Notes: generated from the letters alone by a model not told the origin. DNA of 32,000 bases from Microcystis aeruginosa NIES-843 (GCF_000010625.1 NC_010296.1:1200001-1232000); one strand, 5' to 3'; shown: positions 7,954 through 17,225, counted from the stretch's first letter. Translations and numbers: made by a program.

Positions 7954-8406
7954 ATGACTACTGTCACCAGCAATGATATTCAAGAATTGAAAGACTTACT
8001 CTCGGCAATGCGACAGGAAAACCGCAAGCAAATGATTTCCCTGCGAGAAGAAACCCGCAAGCAAATTGATACGCTAAAGGAAGATAATCGCAAACAACTA
8101 GAAACCCTGAGAGAAGAAAATAACAAGCAATTTATTAACCTACACCAAGAAATTACGGAAGTCAAAATTATCACAGCTAAAATTGAAGGAACAATTCAAT
8201 CCCAAGCAGTATTAACCCCAAAAATTCCCGATTTAATCGAGAAAGTTGGGGAATTAAAAAACTGGAAACAAATAGCTATTGTCGCTATCACTGCTTTTAC
8301 CAGTGCCACAATTACTTGGTTTATTCGAGGAGGAAATCGCCAATTCAAAAATGAAACGCATCAACCTCAAGAGTTGACAGAAAAAGGCTCATCAGGTACT
8401 GTCTGA
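7954..8406 (+). CDS. Coiled-coil protein with a C-terminal membrane anchor (hypothetical)
   Basis: 150 aa. Four tandem 11-residue repeats (RQENRKQMISL / REETRKQIDTL / KEDNRKQLETL / REENNKQFINL) are encoded by 33-bp DNA repeats at 8011-8142. The hydrophobic segment is IAIVAITAFTSATITWFI. The 3' end may be altered by the adjacent IS. Confidence 0.6.
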   Translation: MTTVTSNDIQELKDLLSAMRQENRKQMISLREETRKQIDTLKEDNRKQLETLREENNKQFINLHQEITEVKIITAKIEGTIQSQAVLTPKIPDLIEKVGELKNWKQIAIVAITAFTSATITWFIRGGNRQFKNETHQPQELTEKGSSGTV

Positions 8407-8435
8407 GCATTAACAAAAACAAATCAGACCCAAAA

Positions 8436-9520
8436 ATGAGCCGAAAACATCTTAACATAGAACAAAGAAACTTACTCTACCAACTTAGTCAAGAGGGAAA
8501 TTTATCTCAACGGCAAATGGCCGTCTGGCTCGGATGTCATCAAAGCACGATATCACGAGAATTAAGAAGGAATCAAAGTTCCCTGGGGTGCTATCTACCT
8601 GACACAGCACAAGCTCAAAGCGAGACGCGCCGAAAAAATGCCAAACAACCCTTTAAAAATGTCAGCGAGTCGGCCTTAGAGTTGGTGAAAAAAGGATTGA
8701 AAGATTATCATAGTCCCGAACAAATAGCAGGTCGTCTGAAAAAAGCTGGTCAAGAATCGCTCAGTCATGAAACCATCTATCAAATGATCTATCAGAACTA
8801 CCCTTGACTGTGGAAAGTATCAAGAATGCCTACGTCAAGGACGAGGAAAAAGAAAGAGTCGAAATGGAGCAAAAAGTAAGCGTGGAGGGATTCCAGGGCC
8901 TGTAGATATCAGCGAGCGACCAGCAATTGCTGACCAGAAAACCGAAATCGGTCATTGGGAAAGTGACACAATGATTGGAGTCAATCATCTAGGAGTTCTC
9001 GTTACTCATGTGGACAAGGCCTCGAAATTTCTAGTAGCAGGATTAGCCAAAAACAAAACCGCATCGGAAATCAACCCTTGTCACAGAAAAACTTTTCCAA
9101 GAGATTCACCCTGACAAAAGAAAAACCTTTACTTGTGACAACGGCAAAGAATTTTGTGGACATCAAGAGTTGAGTCAGAAACTAGGAGCAGATTTTTATT
9201 TTGCTACTCCTTATCATTCTTGGGAGAGGGGATTAAACGAGCATACCAATGGACTGTTAAGTAGTCGTGCAAAATTAATTTCCTAGTGAAGATAGGCAAG
9301 AGGCAAGAGGCAAGAGGTGGTTAGATATGTGTAATTAATTTTGCTTAGGTACTTAAGACAATTTTTTTCCAAGGGAACGAATTTCAAAATTGTTAAGCCA
9401 GAGCAGGTAGAAAGAGCCGTAAACTTGATTAACAATCGTCCTCGAAAATGTCTTGACTATCGTACCCCGAATGAGGTATTCTATGAAGGTAGATCAGACG
9501 GTGATGCAATTCAGACTTGA
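8436..9520 (+). pseudogene. IS30-family transposase, inactivated by frameshifts and a nested MITE
   Basis: The N-terminal HTH ORF spans 8436-8807. The catalytic region is readable only by changing frame at least twice (GHWESDT..., TFTCDNGKEF..., SWERGLNEHTNGLL / RQFFPKGTNF...NNRPRKCLDYRTPNEVF). The DDE residues are recognisable. The coding sequence is interrupted at 9262-9352. Confidence 0.8.
9262..9352. mobile_element. 91-bp MITE inserted in the IS30 transposase gene
   Basis: It splits the codons for GLL|RQFF. It is flanked by the direct repeat TTAAG (9257-9261 and 9353-9357). The ends share the inverted gcaaaattaatt / aattaattttgc. The interior carries (AGGCAAG)x3. Confidence 0.65.
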
Positions 9521-9555
9521 ATTGGCCGACTTCATTATAGCGGTAGAGACATATT

Positions 9556-9664
9556 TATACTAAATCCGTTGAGTATAGGCTACTTATGAGGACAGGCACT
9601 CATGCAATAGGCAATAGGCAAAAGGGGGAATAAATAATCATTCTTTAATAACCAGATTTAGTAT
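9556..9664. repeat. Small inverted-repeat element (MITE-like)
   Basis: The ends tatactaaatccgtt (9556-9570) and aaccagatttagtat (9650-9664) are imperfect reverse complements. The left end recurs as a 17-mer at 10781-10797. Confidence 0.4.
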
Positions 9665-9740
9665 GACTTTCCTAGCAAGGCTTTTGATGATTTTTACAAA
9701 TCTTTATCGATAATGCCAGCTAAATTATGGTAGATAAATA

Positions 9741-9946
9741 GGGTTTGCGGCAAAAAGTTTTTCCTGGGGGCAGGGTGTGGGGTGTGGGGTGTGGGGTTTT
9801 ACCAGTTTTGAGGTGGCCAATTACCTAATTTTCAGGGAAAAAGTGCCTAAATTTCCCCCCGATCACTCCCAGCTCCAGTACTTTTTGATTGACAAAAGGT
9901 CTAAAAGTCTTACCCAACAAGGTTTTTAGATTTATTCAGCAAGCCC
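9741..9946. mobile_element. MITE copy C (206 bp), same terminal family as copies A and B, inverted orientation, different interior
   Basis: Its termini are gggtttgcggcaaaaag... and ...tttattcagcaagccc, matching the reverse complement of the copy A/B ends. It has a perfect 6-bp target-site duplication TAAATA (9735-9740 and 9947-9952). The interior carries (GGGGTGT)x3.5 at 9773-9796. Confidence 0.7.
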
Positions 9947-9970
9947 TAAATACTCCACTACAATCTGGCA

Positions 9971-10780
9971 CTAATAATTTTTGATCATTAATTCTCTGCC
10001 AGATGCCGCCGCTCCTTGTTTATAATTATTCATGCCATACTGAAGATTCCACTCGATAATATGGGCAAAATCAAAGAGTTTTCGTATCTCTGGACAATCA
10101 TCGTAGGTAATTAACCATTTAGCCTGACATTGACGCATATTATCGGCAAAACGTTGATGATCGAAGCTGGTATGTAAATTACCTCTTACACCGTACAAAC
10201 GGGATTTTGTGGCACTATAGTAGGGGGGATCGAGAAAGATAAAAACTTCTTTTCCCTCAGCAAATAATAATTCTTCGTAGTCTTGGTTAGTAATTTTGAC
10301 CGATGCTAATAACGGCGCAATTTGAGTTAATCTGGCTATCGATGAATCAGTAAATCTACTGGTAAAAGCTGCTTGGGAATACCCCCCCGAATCCACTGTT
10401 CCCGAAAAAGTAATCCGATTTAAGATAAAAAAACGCACCGCTTTCTCAAAGTTGGTTAACTTTAAATCTTCCCTTGTCAAATCTTGAAATAATTCTCGTC
10501 CGCTATCATATTTCTGTTTAATTTCTGTTATTTTTGCTACCAATAACTCAATATTTTCTTGAGCGCATTGCCAGAAACAATATAAATCATAATTTAAGTC
10601 ATTAATCCAATAGGTTTTTATTTGTTGTCCAAAGAGTTGCTTAACAGCAAAAAACACAGAACCACCACCAAAAAAAGGTTCTCTATATTCCCTAATATTG
10701 ACAGAAATTTGCGGCAGAATTTGCTTAATTGCCCGGGATTTCCCCCCCGGATAGCGCAAGGGACTTTTAATTTTTGACAT
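9971..10780 (-). CDS. Dam-like (D12 class, alpha-type) N6-adenine DNA methyltransferase
   Basis: 269 aa with LRYPGGKSR, EPFFGGGSVFF (SAM-binding FxGxG) and the catalytic FLDPPYY (DPPY) motif. Confidence 0.9.
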   Translation of the reverse strand: MSKIKSPLRYPGGKSRAIKQILPQISVNIREYREPFFGGGSVFFAVKQLFGQQIKTYWINDLNYDLYCFWQCAQENIELLVAKITEIKQKYDSGRELFQDLTREDLKLTNFEKAVRFFILNRITFSGTVDSGGYSQAAFTSRFTDSSIARLTQIAPLLASVKITNQDYEELLFAEGKEVFIFLDPPYYSATKSRLYGVRGNLHTSFDHQRFADNMRQCQAKWLITYDDCPEIRKLFDFAHIIEWNLQYGMNNYKQGAAASGRELMIKNY

Positions 10781-10852
10781 TTTATACTAAATCCGTTTAT
10801 TATTGAATTTCGTCTAACGACCAAGTTAGTCCTCGTGCTTCTCCCCAGACTT

Positions 10853-11440
10853 CTACTTACTTTGTCTAGCTTGACCAACTTTTAGCCATGCAAAGATTTG
10901 TTGTGGAGTCAGTGTCAACTGAACCCCTGCAATTACCTTAAGCTGGTGATCCCCTCTGCAAACTTCCGGCTCTTGTTGGGGAGTAAACATTAAAACAGAA
11001 TAATCATCTGGATCAAGCATCCATCCTAATTTACTGCCATGTTTTAAACAATGTAAAATGTTGTCAATTACACGGTTTACCTTTTGATCCGGTGAAAGAA
11101 TTTCGATAGTCCAATCAGGTGCTTCCCTAAAGTCGTCCTCTGGTTCACCTGCTTGATTGAGGTTAATTCGATTCCATGCAATTACGGCAACATCAGGAAC
11201 GATCGAACGCCCGCCGAAGGTACATCGCAACTCAGGTAAGGCTGTATAATCAACAGTGTGGCTGTCAACCGCAGCTAAAAGACGTTTTTGCAGGATAGAG
11301 TGTCGAGTCTTAGGCATGGGTTTCTGAATTGCGACTCCATGCAAGTATTCCCATGCTGGAGAATCTTCCAAATATGGCAATTCGAGGAAATCTTCAAGGG
11401 TGATACCCTCAGTCAAGGAAGTCGTCATCGGTTCAAGCAA
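10853..11440 (-). CDS. Uma2-family (DUF820) PD-(D/E)xK-fold endonuclease-like protein
   Basis: 195 aa with the family-typical WEYLHG, IVPDVAV and TIEILSPDQ motifs. It lies 72 bp upstream of the methyltransferase and is co-directional with it. Confidence 0.8.
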   Translation of the reverse strand: MLEPMTTSLTEGITLEDFLELPYLEDSPAWEYLHGVAIQKPMPKTRHSILQKRLLAAVDSHTVDYTALPELRCTFGGRSIVPDVAVIAWNRINLNQAGEPEDDFREAPDWTIEILSPDQKVNRVIDNILHCLKHGSKLGWMLDPDDYSVLMFTPQQEPEVCRGDHQLKVIAGVQLTLTPQQIFAWLKVGQARQSK

Positions 11441-11640
11441 AGGTTTTTTTGTGACTTTATTATAAATGAACTTTATCTGGGTTGCTTACCGACGATTCAG
11501 GTATATTTGAGGAGAATTTGCCCTCTCAATCAAATGGGTCGATTTCTTAACTATTCTAACTGACCGGTATCACTGGAAATGCCCACGGGGATCACAAAAT
11601 TGGCCAATTGTCAATAGCTTTTCAGATGCTCTCACCTTGG

Positions 11641-12237
11641 TTATGGCGCTTCCCACTCTTTCTTTTCTAGACACTCTGCAATTCGATATGTGTTTGCAAT
11701 TCCTCCTATTTTTCCATGAGATCCTAATATTGGTAAATGGCCATGTGGAGCATTCAGAGAAAAGTTAGGATCTTTTCCTTTTTTCCATCCCACTGCACTG
11801 CGAAACCTATGGTAAGCCTCTGAATTCTCATCAGTTAAATAGGGTTCACCGCCTTCACTTTTCCATATTTTTTGCTGAGTATCAAAGCCAAATCTGCCTT
11901 GACTTGCTTTTGACCACAAATCTTCAATAATCAACAAATCTTTGCAAGGAAATTCTTTCATAGTTTTTGTATCTATAAATCCTTCTCCTTCTCTATTGAC
12001 CGTTTGCAACATTAGTCTTAGAGTCTCTCTATTAGCGTCCTCCCACCTATTTTCTTTAAGCAGTTTACGAAGACATGAATAATAAGCATCTCTGTTTGAC
12101 GAAAATCCCTCCATAGGTTTACAAGTTACAAAGTGGCGATCATAGAAAAAATAGACAAAACCCATAATTGTAGCCAAAGCTGATAGAAAAGCTACAATTT
12201 CGATAGTAGTATGAATACCTAACTTTTTCCCAGACAT
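11641..12237 (-). CDS. GUN4-domain protein with an N-terminal transmembrane anchor
   Basis: 198 aa. The TM-like segment is IEIVAFLSALATIMGFVYFFY. A GUN4-like core follows (WEDANRETLRLML...EFPCKDLLIIEDLWSKASQGRFGFDTQQKIW). Confidence 0.75.
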   Translation of the reverse strand: MSGKKLGIHTTIEIVAFLSALATIMGFVYFFYDRHFVTCKPMEGFSSNRDAYYSCLRKLLKENRWEDANRETLRLMLQTVNREGEGFIDTKTMKEFPCKDLLIIEDLWSKASQGRFGFDTQQKIWKSEGGEPYLTDENSEAYHRFRSAVGWKKGKDPNFSLNAPHGHLPILGSHGKIGGIANTYRIAECLEKKEWEAP

Positions 12238-12521
12238 ACAGTCTCTCAGCTAGTCAATTTGATTGAGTCGGGTGCAATGATTGGTGATACCTCGATCTGC
12301 TTGCATCATGGCTTAGAACACTTCGTGACCGCTCCCGCTTATCGATTCTTAACCTTTGCGATCATCGATAATTTCTCGGAACTCAGCAACGAAGCTAACC
12401 ATTTTTGCTCGTCTAATCCCTTCGAGAAATAGACAAACTTAATGGGTATATCGCTATCGATCTAACGGTTGAACTCACCCGCCTTGTCAAAGTCTAGCAG
12501 AAAGTCGGGTGCAGTGATATG

Positions 12522-12767
12522 TCAGACAGTCGGCAGCCGGTCATAGGCTTCTGGCTCAACATCGGGAACTTTTGTTAAGATTGCCTGATACTTTTCTCGA
12601 CTTCCCTTTTTGGACTTTTCTATTAGGTAATTTTCTGTCATCAACGCTGAAAGTTTCTCAGCGATCGCAGTAGAGATAAATTGATCGATCGAAATTCCAT
12701 CACGAGCCGCTAGATCATCTAAACTTTTCTGTAATGAGTCGGGAATTTGAACTTGGATGGTACTCAT
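12522..12767 (-). CDS. Antitoxin-like small DNA-binding protein (RHH/HicB-like C-terminal type)
   Basis: 81 aa (IPDSLQKSLDDLAARDGISIDQFISTAIAEKL). Its start codon overlaps the stop of the upstream PIN gene (ATGA on the - strand at 12764-12767). Confidence 0.65.
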   Translation of the reverse strand: MSTIQVQIPDSLQKSLDDLAARDGISIDQFISTAIAEKLSALMTENYLIEKSKKGSREKYQAILTKVPDVEPEAYDRLPTV

Positions 12768-13198
12768 GGTAACTTACCTATTAATCGTAGGAAACCTGAA
12801 GGCTCAAGCAGACATAAACCAAATTGCTCAACACCAGCAAAGTCACGGGTGTTATATGTGATTATACTCTGACATCCTGCTTTAACTGCAAGCTCCAATA
12901 CCATATCGTCTTTGGGATCACGCAGAAATGGTCGCCACAGGAAGAAAATTTTATGAGGTATCCCCACCGAGCAATAGAAATCAATTAAGTCATCTACTTC
13001 TTCTCGACTTAAATAGAGATTGGGCAACTCCCGCAATAGGACATCTGTATATTCCAAGACGAGAGGAACAGATAAGTGCATATCAAATTTTCCTGTACCT
13101 ATAAGGCTAAGAAGTTGAAACGCACTTCCACGCCTAGATCTTAATCCAGCAATAATGACATTGGTATCAATAACAATCTGAGGTAACGACATTCGCAA
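12764..13198 (-). CDS. PIN-domain toxin (VapC-like ribonuclease)
   Basis: 144 aa. It begins with IVIDTNVIIAGL (first acidic PIN residue), and further conserved acidic positions are in DDMVLELA and TYNTRDF. Confidence 0.8.
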   Translation of the reverse strand: MRMSLPQIVIDTNVIIAGLRSRRGSAFQLLSLIGTGKFDMHLSVPLVLEYTDVLLRELPNLYLSREEVDDLIDFYCSVGIPHKIFFLWRPFLRDPKDDMVLELAVKAGCQSIITYNTRDFAGVEQFGLCLLEPSGFLRLIGKLP

Positions 13199-13352
13199 CT
13201 GGGCAACGATGATTATTGGTACAGTTACATCTTAACTTTATCATCACAGAACAAAAATAGCGTGGGTTTCATTTTTGAATTGGCGCTCTTACAAAAACCT
13301 AGCCACCTTTACTCGATCGATAAATTACGATCAAACCAATTAGATTAACTAT

Positions 13353-15284
13353 CTACTTAACTGTTGGTTTGCGGAATTTGGAAGGAGAAGGAAAATATTC
13401 TACCCGTTCATTTTTAAGAGCTTGTGCCATAAAATCGCGCCAAATGGGAGCGGCAAAACCACCACCGGTGATACCTTTGCCTAAAGTGCGGTTTCGGTCA
13501 TCTCCAATCCACACTGCGGTGGCTAATTGGGGAACATAACCGACAAACCAGACATTTTTCTCGTTATCGGTAGTACCGGTTTTTCCCGCTGCTGGACGAC
13601 CGATTTGGGCCGAGGTTGCTGTTCCTCCCTGAATAACTCCCTGTAGGACAGAGTTAAGAGAAGCGGTGGCCCAGGGGTCTAAAACTAGCTTCGGTTTGGG
13701 TGTATTATCGAGCATGACGTTACCGCGACTATCGGTAACACGCATGATAAAGGTAGGATCGGAATGCCAGCCATTACTGGCAAAAGTAGCGTAGGCCCCC
13801 GCCATTTCCAGAGGGGTAACATCCACGGAACCCAAAGGTAAAGAGGTCACGGCAATTAAAGGACTCTCGAAACCCAACAGACGACAGACTTCAATGACTT
13901 TATTTATCCCGACACGACGACCGAGAACAACTGCGGGAATATTCAGAGACTGCATCAGAGCGCTACGCAGGGAAACTTGACCAGAATAGCCGCCACCGTA
14001 GTTTTTTGGGCTATAGAAGCCGCCGGCCTCGCGAAAACGAATGGGAGCATCATTAACTACCGTTTCGGGGGTAAAACGACCACTAGCGAAGGCAGTATAG
14101 TAAACGAAAGGTTTAAAAGCTGACCCCGGTTGACGACGGGATTGGATGGCGCGGTTTAATTGACTTTTATTGTAATCAACGCCACCGACGAGCGCCTTGA
14201 CGAAATGGGTGCGGGGATCCACTGCGACTAGAGAAATTTGTAGGTCTTTGGTGCGAATACCGCGACGACGCAAGCTATTATAGGCCCGTTGGATGGTGGA
14301 CTCGGCCATGTTTTGAAAGTCGAGATCGATCGTGGTTTGAATCCGCATTCCCCCTTTAGTTAGGGTTTCTTTGCCAAATTTTTGCCGCAATTCTGCCACC
14401 ACTGCATCGGTAACGTAGGGTAATTTACTTTCTTGCCAAGCGGTGGGTTTACCCAGTTTCAGAGGTTCCTTTAAAGCGGCCTCTTCCTGTGCGGGGGTAA
14501 TCCAACCTAAAGTACGCATCCGACTGAGAACCAGTGCCTGTCTTTCCTTGGCGGTTTTATAATTATTAAAAGGACTATAAACTTCCGGCGCTTGGATTAA
14601 ACCAGCCATCATCGCCGATTCTGCTAAATTTAACTGGGCAGCGGGTTTATTAAAATAACTTTTAGCGGCGGTTTGCACTCCGTAATTATTATGACCCCAA
14701 TAGATATTATTGAGGTACATTTCCAGAATGTCATTTTTGCTAAAAACCTGTTCCACTCGTACTGCCAGGACCGCCTCGGCTAATTTACGGCTAACGGTGC
14801 GCTGATGGGAGAGAAAAATATTTTTGACTAACTGCATGGTGATAGTAGATGCACCTTCCACCACACCGCCACTTTTCCAGTTAGCGACTACTGCCCTGCC
14901 GATACTATTAGGATTAATACCACGATGGTGATAAAAATGGCTATCTTCGATCGCCATCACGGCGCGTTTTAGATTGGGAGAAATTTGATCGAGTTCCACC
15001 ACCTCCCGATTCGCTTCCCCGTGTAAGCTGGTCAGGGGTCTGCCTTTAACATCGTAGATATAACTGGTTTCCGTGGGGACGTAACCCCGTAAAATCCTCA
15101 CATCGGGTAGATTGCGGTAACTAATCGCTAATCCTACCACAGCCCCAGTCACCACGGCCGTGGATACCATCAACAGGCCGAGAACAGTTCCCCCTGCGAC
15201 TCTGGAGACTCCTTGGAAAAAGCTATCCGAGTCACTACTAGGTTTCTGCTCTTTGTCTTGATTGCCGAGGGTACTGGTGGACAC
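13353..15284 (-). CDS. Class A penicillin-binding protein (bifunctional transglycosylase/transpeptidase, PBP1A-type)
   Basis: 643 aa with an N-terminal TM anchor. GT51 motifs are EDSHFYHHRGI and GASTITMQL. Transpeptidase motifs are SAFKP (SxxK), SLN (SxN) and KTGTT. Confidence 0.9.
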   Translation of the reverse strand: MSTSTLGNQDKEQKPSSDSDSFFQGVSRVAGGTVLGLLMVSTAVVTGAVVGLAISYRNLPDVRILRGYVPTETSYIYDVKGRPLTSLHGEANREVVELDQISPNLKRAVMAIEDSHFYHHRGINPNSIGRAVVANWKSGGVVEGASTITMQLVKNIFLSHQRTVSRKLAEAVLAVRVEQVFSKNDILEMYLNNIYWGHNNYGVQTAAKSYFNKPAAQLNLAESAMMAGLIQAPEVYSPFNNYKTAKERQALVLSRMRTLGWITPAQEEAALKEPLKLGKPTAWQESKLPYVTDAVVAELRQKFGKETLTKGGMRIQTTIDLDFQNMAESTIQRAYNSLRRRGIRTKDLQISLVAVDPRTHFVKALVGGVDYNKSQLNRAIQSRRQPGSAFKPFVYYTAFASGRFTPETVVNDAPIRFREAGGFYSPKNYGGGYSGQVSLRSALMQSLNIPAVVLGRRVGINKVIEVCRLLGFESPLIAVTSLPLGSVDVTPLEMAGAYATFASNGWHSDPTFIMRVTDSRGNVMLDNTPKPKLVLDPWATASLNSVLQGVIQGGTATSAQIGRPAAGKTGTTDNEKNVWFVGYVPQLATAVWIGDDRNRTLGKGITGGGFAAPIWRDFMAQALKNERVEYFPSPSKFRKPTVK

Positions 15285-15454
15285 GATGGTTACAATTTCC
15301 TTTTTCCAAGAGGGGACTGATCGATCGAACTGACTTGAAAGTCTATTCTAAAGGTTGTGTTAAAAAATTGAATACTAGCTTACAGCAATTATGGCCGATC
15401 TGGCTCTAGTTTGATCGGTCATGACAGCGCGATTCGGGGCAGCATAGTTAGGTA

Positions 15455-15940
15455 TCAGCGACAAAATAGGGTATCGCGGGTATTTCTGCCAGTTACTGGG
15501 TTAGTTCCCGTCGCTCTCTCACAAAGATATTTTTCCACATCGGAGCGAATAATTGCATCGGTAAAATCGGCCCCGTCGATAATTGCACCTTTGATTAAAA
15601 TGTTAGTGGCAAAAGCTCCTTCGAGAACGGCATTGGTAAAGTTGGCTTTGGTTAAACGGGCCGATTCTAAATCCACATTTCTCATATTGGCATCGCTAAA
15701 GTTGGCCCCCTCCAAGTTGGCAGAAAAAAAGCGTACTCCTTCCAGGTTGGCACGACTGAAGTTACTACCGCGCAGATTAGAGTGATCGAAGGTGGAATCG
15801 CGCAAATCCTGCCCCGCAAAGTCATTATCGGTCAAATTACGGTTATTATAACTTAGCGCCTGGGCCGGAGCTAAAGAGGATAATAATACTAATATACTAG
15901 CAACCAAGGTTAGTAGAGTTTTGCGAGAAAATTGCGCCAT
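15455..15940 (-). CDS. Pentapeptide-repeat protein with a signal peptide
   Basis: 161 aa. The signal-like N-terminus ends in APAQA. It is followed by runs of A(D/N)LxG-type pentapeptides ([46 protein letters not shown]). Confidence 0.85.
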   Translation of the reverse strand: MAQFSRKTLLTLVASILVLLSSLAPAQALSYNNRNLTDNDFAGQDLRDSTFDHSNLRGSNFSRANLEGVRFFSANLEGANFSDANMRNVDLESARLTKANFTNAVLEGAFATNILIKGAIIDGADFTDAIIRSDVEKYLCERATGTNPVTGRNTRDTLFCR

Positions 15941-16068
15941 ATTGCCACCTGATCAATCAACCTTTTCTATAATAAGCTGTACTGGATTTAAACCGCATAT
16001 CGGGAATTTTAGTACAAATGCTCGAACTAGCCGCCCCCCTATAGCTTCCAAACAGGATTTATGATCAT

Positions 16069-16243
16069 TAGACCTCTTGGATAATTAATTTTTGATGGTT
16101 CAAAAACGGCAAAAATAAGAATTAAACTGCCTAAAATCTGTAAATAGACCATTTAGTTAATTATTATTCATTCTTAATTCTCCTGACGACCGGCTACTGA
16201 CTCCTAACCCTAACAACAATTTTTAGTTTTCACAAGAGGTCTA
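16069..16243. repeat. 175-bp AT-rich element bounded by an 11-bp inverted repeat (MITE-like)
   Basis: tagacctcttg (16069-16079) is the exact reverse complement of caagaggtcta (16233-16243). It lies in the intergenic region upstream of yebC. Confidence 0.4.
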
Positions 16244-16330
16244 TTACCCGGCACTCGTTGACAATTATCCCCGGATTTACCAAGGGCGATCGATCTGCTA
16301 GATTTTTGATGTTGGATATCTTAGACAGAT

Positions 16331-17095
16331 ATGGCTGGTCATAGTAAATGGGCAAATATTAAACGACAAAAAGCCCGAGTTGATGCCAAAAAAGGGCAAA
16401 CTTTCACCCAGTTATCCCGGGCCATTATTGTGGCTACCCGTAACGGTGTTCCCGATCCGGCGGGCAATTTTCAGCTACGCACGGCGATCGAAAAAGCCAA
16501 GGCGGCCGGTATTCCCAATGACAATATCGAAAGAGCGATCGCTAAAGGGGCGGGAACTTGGGAAAATGACTCGGCTTTTGAGGAAATTCGCTACGAGGGT
16601 TATGGTCCGGGGGGTGTGGCGATCCTGATCGAAGCACTGACCGATAATCGCAATCGCACAGCGGCGGCTCTGCGGGCGGCTTTTAGCAAAAATGGCGGTA
16701 ATTTAGGTGAAACGGGCTGTGTGGGCTGGATGTTTGACCATAAGGGGGTAATTCGCCTTGAGGGAACTATTGATGAGGATAAGCTTTTAGAAGCTTCCCT
16801 AGAGGGCCAGGCCCAATCCTACGAGTTTTTTGACAGTGAGGAGGAAGGTCAAGGAGCAGAAGTATTTACTGAGGTGTCTAACCTGGAGAGATTGAATAAG
16901 GTTCTGCAAGCAGCGGGATTTAAGGTCAAAGAAGCAGAATTACGCTGGATTCCCACTAATACCCTAGAAGTGAGCGATCGAGAACAGGCCCGTTTTTTAT
17001 TGAAGTTAATCGACACCCTAGAATCCCTCGATCATGTGCAATCGGTAACGGCTAATTTTGATTTAGTCGAGGAATTGATGTTACTGGATCTGTGA
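16331..17095 (+). CDS. yebC: YebC/PmpR-family DNA-binding regulator
   Basis: 254 aa starting with [22 protein letters not shown], with [10 protein letters not shown] and the rest of the family signature throughout. Confidence 0.9.
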   Translation: MAGHSKWANIKRQKARVDAKKGQTFTQLSRAIIVATRNGVPDPAGNFQLRTAIEKAKAAGIPNDNIERAIAKGAGTWENDSAFEEIRYEGYGPGGVAILIEALTDNRNRTAAALRAAFSKNGGNLGETGCVGWMFDHKGVIRLEGTIDEDKLLEASLEGQAQSYEFFDSEEEGQGAEVFTEVSNLERLNKVLQAAGFKVKEAELRWIPTNTLEVSDREQARFLLKLIDTLESLDHVQSVTANFDLVEELMLLDL

Positions 17096-17183
17096 TCCTA
17101 AATTCCTAGGCAGTGATCACTGATCAGATTTGATTTTTCAGTGCGCGGTATGAAGTGAGAGTAAGTAGTGGGACAATCTTGAT

Positions 17184-17225
17184 TACTGATCACTGATTAC
17201 TGTTTACTGATCACTGATTACTGAT
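17184..17225. repeat. Heptamer array (YACTGAT x6)
   Basis: The units are tactgat, cactgat, tactgtt, tactgat, cactgat, tactgat. The unit is the same as the arrays at 4391-4425 and, in reverse complement, 25030-25070. Confidence 0.85.

Noticed and set aside
10618-10878. 86-aa ORF bridging the methyltransferase and Uma2 genes
   Set aside because: It is out of frame and overlaps two well-supported genes on the same strand, with low-complexity translation.
12265-12517. Direct repeat agtcgggtgcaRtga bracketing a 250-bp gene-free segment
   Set aside because: The match is only 13-15 nt with one mismatch, so chance occurrence in 32 kb is plausible. I found no TIRs or coding remnant.
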